From Phycisphaerae bacterium (GTDB taxonomy: Bacteria; Planctomycetota; Phycisphaerae; UBA1845; Fen-1342): a stretch of DNA of 64,000 nucleotides. The notes below the pieces were generated by a model. The model had not been told where the DNA came from, did not search any database, and was given only the letters and a program-made list of their open reading frames with translations. The stretch spans positions 32,001 through 96,000 of the forward strand of contig JASFQK010000013.1 in NCBI GenBank assembly GCA_050115495.1, written 5' to 3'. Shown here one piece after another: positions 57,380-64,000 of this stretch (the first letter of the stretch is position 1; each line of letters begins with the position of its first letter). A program made the translations under genes and the position numbers.

Positions 57380-58282
57380 GTGATGAAGGATCATCCGCAC
57401 CGCAACCGCCTGTTCAGCGTGCTCGCGATCCACGTGGCGTTCATTTGTGTGGTGGGGATCATGCTGCTGGGCGGTTGTCCGCTATCGCTCTTCACGGGTT
57501 CGACCGGTACCACTGACGACCAGCCCGGCCCGAGCAGCAGTGCGGACGCCGACACCGACACGAACCCGGCCAGCGGAGGCTCGGGGAACATTGTCGCCGA
57601 CCACCAGGCGGCGGCAGACTTCGACGACGTGCCGACGGCGTACTTCGCCACGGCCAAGTCGCAATTCCGCATCTTCTACGGCCACACGTCGCACGGCAGC
57701 CAGGTGGTGACCGGGATGAACATGTTGGACACGGGCGCGGGCACGCTCAGCGTCGAAGAGGAAAGCGGCGACCTGGGGTACGCCGGCGATCTCGACTGGG
57801 TGGACGTCACGCGCGACGCGCTGGACCAGCCCGGCAGCGACATCAACATGGTCATGTGGTCCTGGTGCGGCGGCGTCAGCAGCAACACCACGCAGGGCAT
57901 CGACACCTACCTGGACGCCATGAACGAGCTCGAAGGCGATTACCCCAATGTGGTGTTTGTCTACATGACCGGGCACCTCGACGGCACCGGTCCGAACGGC
58001 AACCTCTACACCCGCAACAACCAGATCCGCGCCTACTGCGCCGCCCACAACAAGGTCCTCTTCGACTTCGCGGACATCGAGAGCTACGACCCTGACGGCA
58101 GCTACTACCCCGACGGCACCGACTGGTGCGAATGGTGCGAGACCTGGTGTGACACGCACGACTGCCCGGACCTGAATTGCACCGACGACAGCGGCTGCGC
58201 CCACTCGGTGTGCTTCAACTGCTACCAGAAAGGCCGCGCCTTCTGGTGGATGATGGCCCGCCTGGCTGGTTGGGACGGTTGA
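57380..58282 (+). CDS. Lipoprotein with possible SGNH-like hydrolase domain and Cys-rich tail
   Basis: LGGC lipobox; YGHTSHGSQ, MWSWCG, VYMTGH, FDFADIESYD, CAHS. Confidence 0.75.
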   Translation: MMKDHPHRNRLFSVLAIHVAFICVVGIMLLGGCPLSLFTGSTGTTDDQPGPSSSADADTDTNPASGGSGNIVADHQAAADFDDVPTAYFATAKSQFRIFYGHTSHGSQVVTGMNMLDTGAGTLSVEEESGDLGYAGDLDWVDVTRDALDQPGSDINMVMWSWCGGVSSNTTQGIDTYLDAMNELEGDYPNVVFVYMTGHLDGTGPNGNLYTRNNQIRAYCAAHNKVLFDFADIESYDPDGSYYPDGTDWCEWCETWCDTHDCPDLNCTDDSGCAHSVCFNCYQKGRAFWWMMARLAGWDG

Positions 58283-58339
58283 GCGACTCGCGCCTGCCAA
58301 ACACGGACGCGGCTCTTCACGGGTGGCTCAGAAAGGAAA

Positions 58340-58368
58340 AACCCCGCTCCGAGACCGGAAGCGGGGTT
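58340..58368 (-). terminator. Intrinsic terminator after tRNA-Ser(CGA)
   Basis: AACCCCGC...GCGGGGTT stem with T-rich tail on the minus strand. Confidence 0.7.
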
Positions 58369-58371
58369 CGA

Positions 58372-58458
58372 CGGAGAGGGCGGGATTCGAACCCGCGGTA
58401 CGGTTGCCCGTACACCGGTTTTCGAAACCGGCCCGATCGGCCACTCCGGCACCTCTCC
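58372..58458 (-). tRNA. tRNA-Ser (CGA)
   Basis: GGAGAGG acceptor, CCGGT-TTCGAAA-ACCGG anticodon arm, long variable arm, GGTTCGAATCC. Confidence 0.95.
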
Positions 58459-58630
58459 AGGCCTGCGTCGCCCGCCGCGACGGCCATCGCCGGCTGGACC
58501 GGGGGATAGGCCGCGCGACCGACGCGCGAACGGGCATTGTAACCGCCGAATCCCCCCCGGCCAAGCGGACGCAAGAACAGCCTTAAGCCCTGAGCCTTGA
58601 ACCAGAAGCTATCGGCCGTTTCCCCGCTCC

Positions 58631-58672
58631 GGCTGATGGCTGACGGCTGACGGCTGACGGCTGATGGCTAAC
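58631..58672. repeat. Heptamer tandem repeat (GGCTGAY-type) x6
   Basis: ggctgat ggctgac ggctgac ggctgac ggctgat ggctaac. Confidence 0.9.
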
Positions 58673-58677
58673 GGCCG

Positions 58678-60609
58678 CTACTGCGCATTCGGCCCGAGTT
58701 CGCGGACGTCGCCGACTCGGCGAGTGATGCCCATCTTGTCCATGTGCTCGATGATCGGCACCATGAACTTCCGCGAAGAGTCGGCCAGCGTCCGCAGATC
58801 GCCCAAGCCCAACGGACCTCGCTTGCGGATCGTCGACGTCACCAGGTCGATGAGTTCGTTCCACCGGCGTTCGTGCAGCCAGTACTCGCTCGATATCCGC
58901 TCCAGCCGCCCCTGCGTCGCCGCCAGGTCGATGAGCTGCCGCAGCCGCTTCTCGTTGCCCGGGCGGTAGCACGAGAGCTCGGTCAGCACCGGCGGCTGGT
59001 ACGCGGCGGCGTCGATCTGTTGCAGGATGCTGTCGAACAGGGCCTGGTCGCCGGGCGACATCTTCTGTCGCTCGCCCGCCGGCCGCACGTGCTCCAGATC
59101 CAGGATGAACGGGCCGGACTTGAGGAAGTGCTCGGCCAGGACCGGCCGCAGGCGCGGCGGGCACGCGCTGGGCATCCAGGCCGGCCACTGCGGCCGCGGC
59201 AGCCCGGGCAGACGCGGATTGTCCTGCATGTACGCCTTGAGCCGGACGAGCAGGTTGTCGGTGAGCGCCTCCAGCCACGCGTTGTGCACGTGCACGCGCA
59301 GCGACGCCGCCTCGAACAGGCGGATCTTGCCGCCGCCCATCAGCCGTTGGCACAGCTCCGCCGCCTCGGCCTCATCACGCAGCCCGGCCAGCATGGCCAG
59401 TTGCTGATAGTCGAGCGGCTGCCACTCGGCGTTGCGGATGACCTCTTCGAGCCGGGCCGGTGGTTGGCCGTCCAGCAGGGCTTCGAGCCCCTCGCGGTAG
59501 GCCGGTCGGCGAGCCGTCCACAAACGCGTCACCGGCCGCACGACGGCCCCGCCGCCGAGCGTCCGCCGGCCGCTCTCGTCGCGAAGGATGAAGCGCTCGT
59601 TCCAGACGGCGACGATCGGCTCGGCGGTCTTGAGCTGGCCGAAGACGCCGCGGATGTCCTGGTCGTCGGGCTTGTCCAGCAGGCGCAGCTCGGTGAGCAC
59701 CTCACTGGTGGCCATGTGCAGGCGGAGGCGCAGCGTCTGCCGGCGAGTCTTGCCGGGCATGCGCAGCCACGCGAGCCAGACGTCGAGATAGCGGGTGGCT
59801 TGCAGGTAGCCGGGCGTGGACAACGTGCAACCGCGGCCGGCGCCGGCCTGCTCGATGCCGGCGAGATTGACCGCCAGGCGGACCCGGCCGAAGGTCGCCT
59901 CGCGTGAGTCGTTGTGCACCTGGAGGTCGCGGACGCGGACGCGCTGTCCGCCCGGCCACAGCACGCACTCGTCCTCGCGGGCGACCGACCCGTGGGCGAC
60001 CGTGCCCGTGGCCACCGTCCCGCGCCCGGAGACCGTAAACGAGCGGTCGATCGGCATGCGGAACCACGTCTGCGGGGCTCGCCGGCGGCTGCGCTCGGTG
60101 GCCAGGCCGGCGAGCAGGTGGCCGAGCTCTTCGACGCCGCGGCCGTCTTCGGCCGACGTCCGCGCCCAGCCCACGGCTTCCAGCCCCAGGTCGGCGAGCA
60201 GCCCGCGGACCTCTTCTTCAACCTGGTCCGCCCACTCCTCGTCGACAAGGTCCATCTTGGTCAAAGCCACGACGCACTGCTTCACGCCGAGCAGGGCGAG
60301 CACTTCGGCGTGCTCACGTGTCTGGGGCATGACGGAGTCGTCGGCGGCGACGACCAGCAGGGCCAGGTCGATACCGCTCGCGCCGGCGAGCATGTTGCGG
60401 ATGAAGCGTTCGTGGCCGGGCACGTCGACGAACGAGATGTCGCAGCCGTCGATCCGGGCGTGGGCGAAGCCGAGGTCGATGGTCATGCCCCGGGCCTTCT
60501 CTTCGGGCAGGCGGTCCGGGTCAGACCCGGTCAGGGCCAGCACGAGCCGGCTCTTGCCATGATCGATGTGCCCGGCGGTCCCGACGACGAGATTGGCGGT
60601 CGCATCCAT
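58678..60609 (-). CDS. selB: Selenocysteine-specific elongation factor SelB
   Basis: GTAGHIDHGKS, DRLPEEKARGMTIDLGFA, DVPGHE, VMPQTREH, C-terminal SRKF..P..EH.D...TRRVGD.R. Confidence 0.95.
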   Translation of the reverse strand: MDATANLVVGTAGHIDHGKSRLVLALTGSDPDRLPEEKARGMTIDLGFAHARIDGCDISFVDVPGHERFIRNMLAGASGIDLALLVVAADDSVMPQTREHAEVLALLGVKQCVVALTKMDLVDEEWADQVEEEVRGLLADLGLEAVGWARTSAEDGRGVEELGHLLAGLATERSRRRAPQTWFRMPIDRSFTVSGRGTVATGTVAHGSVAREDECVLWPGGQRVRVRDLQVHNDSREATFGRVRLAVNLAGIEQAGAGRGCTLSTPGYLQATRYLDVWLAWLRMPGKTRRQTLRLRLHMATSEVLTELRLLDKPDDQDIRGVFGQLKTAEPIVAVWNERFILRDESGRRTLGGGAVVRPVTRLWTARRPAYREGLEALLDGQPPARLEEVIRNAEWQPLDYQQLAMLAGLRDEAEAAELCQRLMGGGKIRLFEAASLRVHVHNAWLEALTDNLLVRLKAYMQDNPRLPGLPRPQWPAWMPSACPPRLRPVLAEHFLKSGPFILDLEHVRPAGERQKMSPGDQALFDSILQQIDAAAYQPPVLTELSCYRPGNEKRLRQLIDLAATQGRLERISSEYWLHERRWNELIDLVTSTIRKRGPLGLGDLRTLADSSRKFMVPIIEHMDKMGITRRVGDVRELGPNAQ

Positions 60610-60639
60610 GGCCGGCATTGTACCGGCCGAGCCGCTGAT

Positions 60640-60960
60640 TGTGGCACCGGATTGCATCCGGTGCGTCGCCACCCGCTGATTCGCGAACCGCCCGTAGCGT
60701 CGGCCCCCGTGGCCGACGTCGATCTTCGACAAACGCGGGACTCGCAACGTAGCGGCCGGTCTCCGTGCCGGCCGCCGATTGCCAACAAGCGTTCGTCCCC
60801 GCTTTGTACCGGCAGGGAGGCGGTTTCTCCAGCAGTCCGCCGTATCCGCGATTCACCGGTCGCTTCCGCTCGCGGCTCGGACTGACGTCACTCGCGTTCG
60901 CGCGCAGCGTGGCATGCCGAAGCGCAGCGCCGGCATGTCTGCTCGTCGTGTCGGGGACAA
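60640..60960. repeat. REP-like palindrome mosaic, copy 1
   Basis: Collinear with 61689-62050, with an identical ~50-bp core. Confidence 0.85.
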
Positions 60961-60999
60961 TCCGCCCGCGCTTACCGCTTGGGCATGTCGCACACCGCT

Positions 61000-61542
61000 C
61001 TACTCTCCACTCTCTCCTGTTCTCCTCTCTCGCGCAGCGTTGATGGCTTCCGCCAGCCGTTCCGGCGTCGGCGAACCGATGAGCAGGGGGCGTTTGTCGG
61101 CGAGCTTCAGTTGCACGCCGCGGTTGCCGCGCAGGGTGTACGCCCATCCGCGGCCGTCGAGGGCGAAACGGATGCCCCAGCCGCCGTATTCGCCCAGTGG
61201 TTTGTACGTGCGTGCCTGGCAGTCGACGATGCTGTCGAGCGGCACCGTCCGCCCCCAGATCGGGAACAGGCGCACCCGGACGGCGTCGTCGCGCACCTCG
61301 ACGCTCAGCGTGGCCGACACCAGGAACGCCGGCAGGAGCAGCCCGAATAGCACCCAGAGGAAGACGACCAGCGTCGTCCCGCACCCGGGCGCGTCGCCGA
61401 CCGGCGATCGTTCCAGGACGATTTGGCTGACGAACAGCCACCAGCCGAACACCGCCAGCGGCAGCCCCACGACCCAGAACCCCGGATGCGGCCGCCGGTG
61501 GCGTTCTTCGTAGATAGTCGGGGACTGAATCGCGGAGATCAT
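61000..61542 (-). CDS. Small membrane protein with bPH-like domain (DUF6141-like)
   Basis: Two TM helices, EYGGWGIR, GNRGVQL, LLIGS; GGAAGG RBS before MISAIQ. Confidence 0.75.
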   Translation of the reverse strand: MISAIQSPTIYEERHRRPHPGFWVVGLPLAVFGWWLFVSQIVLERSPVGDAPGCGTTLVVFLWVLFGLLLPAFLVSATLSVEVRDDAVRVRLFPIWGRTVPLDSIVDCQARTYKPLGEYGGWGIRFALDGRGWAYTLRGNRGVQLKLADKRPLLIGSPTPERLAEAINAARERRTGESGE

Positions 61543-61688
61543 GGGAGCCTTCCTTCCAGTGCGCACAGCACCGCACACGCACCGCATACGTATACGCGGC
61601 GCACCCGTGATAATTGCGGCGGCGGTTTGGAACGGCGGCGTCTGAGCCGGAATCCCGGTCGGCACGCGCGTAGTGTTGGCACCCCAAA

Positions 61689-62125
61689 TGTGGCACCGGA
61701 TTGCATCCGGTGCGTCGTCACGCGCTCGCTCGCCGATCCGCGCGTGGCGCCGGCCCCCCGTGGCCGACGTCGATCTTCGACAAACGCGGGACTCGCAACG
61801 TAGCGGCTCCCGGCGCGCCGGGATGTCGGCCGTCGCTGTAGTGTCCGGGCTCCGCACCGGCCGTCGATCGCCAACGAGTATTCGCCCCCCCTCTGTCCGA
61901 GCCCCGACCGGCAGGGAGCGGTCTCTCCAGCAATCCACCGTATCCGCGCTTGACCGGTCGCTTCCGCTCGCGGCTCGGACTGTCGTCACTCGTGTCTGCG
62001 CAGTGTGGCATGCCGAAGCCTCGGGCGCCGGCATGTCTTCCTCTCGCGTCGAGAACACCATGCCCGCACCTCAGAGCTTGGGCATGCCAAACCCCGTAGT
62101 TTCCGGGCTTCGCACCGGACGTCTT
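61689..62125. repeat. REP-like palindrome mosaic, copy 2 (extended)
   Basis: See copy 1; carries extra GTAG-initiated palindromes. Confidence 0.85.
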
Positions 62126-62390
62126 CCGCAGCGGCCGATACAGGCGCACCCAACAGGGATTGGCGCGGCGCGAGTCAGGCGGGACGGCGGCCACTGCTCC
62201 GCGTCCCTGGTGACCGTCTGCCGCCGGAGTCTGGTATATGAGGCTGGGCGCGAGCCGCTATCACCAGTAGACTGCGGATGTGATATTCAGTGGGACGCTG
62301 TCAGGAGAAGAACCGTGTCATGCACGCACCGCAACAGCGCAGCTCGGAGGATTCGACGGTTCTGAGCGTGTTCTACGGAGGTAATGTGTT

Positions 62391-63185
62391 GTGCCGAGGC
62401 CTGCTCACGCCATCGCTGGTTGGGTTGCGGTTGTCTACACCATTTCTGAACGTCTTCTGAAGTTGTCTCAGAGTCGTGCGGGGCGCGAGTGCTATGGTCC
62501 GTCACCGTGGCAGTTTCGCGCAGACGGCAGAACGATATGGCGCGACGACGTCCGTGTCTGGATACCCGAATCCCAGACTGAGCGGATGGAGCGCGAGCGC
62601 CGCTTGGCTGAGGCCGAACGAGCCGAACGAGCCGCGCAGGAATACGTTCTTCGACACAATGCTGAATTGAACGACATCGTGCGACTTGCGCAGAGCCTCT
62701 GGGAGTATCCCGAGGCTCGTCCGAATGCCAAGACGGTTGCTCGCCTACAACGCCTTGTCACGAAGACTTCGGCGATCCGGAAGCTCCGCAACTTGGCCGA
62801 TCGAAGTCGTGTTGACCCAGTTCAGGGCCCCAAGCTCAGGCGTCCAACAAAACGAATGAAGGCAATGGCGGACTTGGCGGAGGTCTGGGATGCCTTGGCG
62901 AACCTGCACAGCGCTGCGCCCCGGGAAGAGCAGGCTGAGGCGCGACCGTCGGAGGCGTTGGTTCCCCAAGAGAGTGATCTCACGCACCCAGTGTGCGTGG
63001 CCGACATCGCCAGAAACCTGCCGCGGCAACACGGTGGCGGCCGGAGCGACAAACTCGGCGACAAGCTGAGGCGTATGAAGGCTCGGATGCAGAAACTCGC
63101 GGGCAGGTGGTACGTCGAGCGCGAGGACGCGCAGCGACTTCTACCCGCATACCGGAAGTGGGCTACTCGGCAGACCGACGAGTAA
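62391..63185 (+). CDS. Hypothetical protein with possible C-terminal excisionase-like HTH
   Basis: N-terminal ~150 aa paralogous to 63414-63908; tail QKLAGRWYVEREDAQRLL. Confidence 0.65.
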   Translation: MPRPAHAIAGWVAVVYTISERLLKLSQSRAGRECYGPSPWQFRADGRTIWRDDVRVWIPESQTERMERERRLAEAERAERAAQEYVLRHNAELNDIVRLAQSLWEYPEARPNAKTVARLQRLVTKTSAIRKLRNLADRSRVDPVQGPKLRRPTKRMKAMADLAEVWDALANLHSAAPREEQAEARPSEALVPQESDLTHPVCVADIARNLPRQHGGGRSDKLGDKLRRMKARMQKLAGRWYVEREDAQRLLPAYRKWATRQTDE

Positions 63186-63413
63186 CAGAACCGCGTCTCT
63201 TCCCCGGCTTGCCCCGCGATCCCCCATCATTCCCCACGCGGCCGTCCGCGAAAACCGTAAATCGTTGAAAAGCAAGGCGCTTCCAGCGGTGTCGCACGGC
63301 ACGACCTGTTTGGCTAATACTGTAGGTGCTGGGGCCGCACGGACGCGTCTCCGACGGCGACATGCTTTGGGCGCAGCGTCATCGTGGACGCTGCCTCGGA
63401 TAGGAGACTGACG

Positions 63414-63908
63414 ATGCCGAAGCCCCCACATGAGCTTGACCAGTGGGTTGCTGACATGTACGAACTGGCGACCATGTTCGCTGACTTGCTGAGTGATTCA
63501 CCATCACGCAATTGCTTCGGCCCGAGTGTCTGGGAGTGCTACGACCTCTTCAGTCGCTCTTCCCCTGAGACTCTGCCTCAGCGCATCAAGCGAGAACGGT
63601 GCGAGCAGGAGAGGGCGGCCGCCGCTCAGGCCGCAGAGACGTACCTGCAACGCCATAATGCGGCCCTACGAGAAGCGCGTCGCCTTGCCAACGCTTTGTG
63701 GGACTACTCGGAGTTGCGGCCCACAACGCGCGCACTTCAGCGGCTGATCGACGAGACGGAGAGTGTGCAGAATCTGCGAGACGTGAGGGATTTCTCGGGC
63801 GGCGAGGAAGCGTGCGCGACGTACGAGGCTCTTTCCAAGCGATGGGATGAGGAAGCGAACCGCCGAAGTGGGCCGCGACGCACGCCGAAGCTCCGGTTGT
63901 GGCCGTAG
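63414..63908 (+). CDS. Hypothetical protein, paralogue of the 62391 N-terminal domain
   Basis: MPKPPH..WVA..Y, CFGPSVW, RHNAAL, LWDY.E.RP; AGGAG RBS. Confidence 0.65.
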   Translation: MPKPPHELDQWVADMYELATMFADLLSDSPSRNCFGPSVWECYDLFSRSSPETLPQRIKRERCEQERAAAAQAAETYLQRHNAALREARRLANALWDYSELRPTTRALQRLIDETESVQNLRDVRDFSGGEEACATYEALSKRWDEEANRRSGPRRTPKLRLWP

Positions 63909-64000
63909 AGGCGCCAGTCACCAACGGTCGCAACCGATCGTTTCACTGACTCATCCCCCCGCCCCCACCATCTCCCCCACCAACCCCGCCGTAATCTCCA

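Noticed and set aside
58372..58458. tRNA-Sec (selC), suggested by the adjacent selB
   Set aside because: Anticodon is CGA, not TCA, and the 7-bp acceptor stem fits an ordinary tRNA-Ser
43435..58458. Integrated element bounded by the two tRNA-Ser genes
   Set aside because: Both are complete, different isoacceptors rather than att duplicates; no integrase between them
61543..62061. N-terminal extension of the 353-aa ORF, and the similar selB extension 60610-60747
   Set aside because: Translations of the non-coding REP-like repeat

Overview
High-GC bacterial DNA, most consistent with a Planctomycetota (Phycisphaerae-like) chromosome. This is inferred from PEP-CTERM and dockerin-tailed secreted proteins, a planctomycete-type ECF sigma plus Ser/Thr kinase pair, a prepilin-type protein and a CPECGYDL zinc-ribbon membrane protein. 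Recognisable genes: rsgA-like GTPase fused to an RNHCP domain, glycine-betaine ABC pair, cysteine synthase family, ACP, nikR, selB, ThuA, an MqsR/MqsA-DUF4065 toxin-antitoxin pair and two tRNA-Ser. The most striking unexplained structure is four paralogues of an uncharacterised ~420-aa protein with an N-terminal HTH-like segment. Each is transcribed divergently from PEP-CTERM or dockerin surface-protein genes. A TTCTC-N3-GAG(AA) palindrome lies in or next to sigma70-type promoters at three of the four loci, and a different palindrome at the fourth. Also seen: a NikR-linked dockerin plus prepilin unit with a candidate operator, a repeated ECF-type promoter, several local duplications bracketing accessory genes, and REP-like palindrome mosaics. 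All family calls come from motif recognition by eye; no database searches were run.
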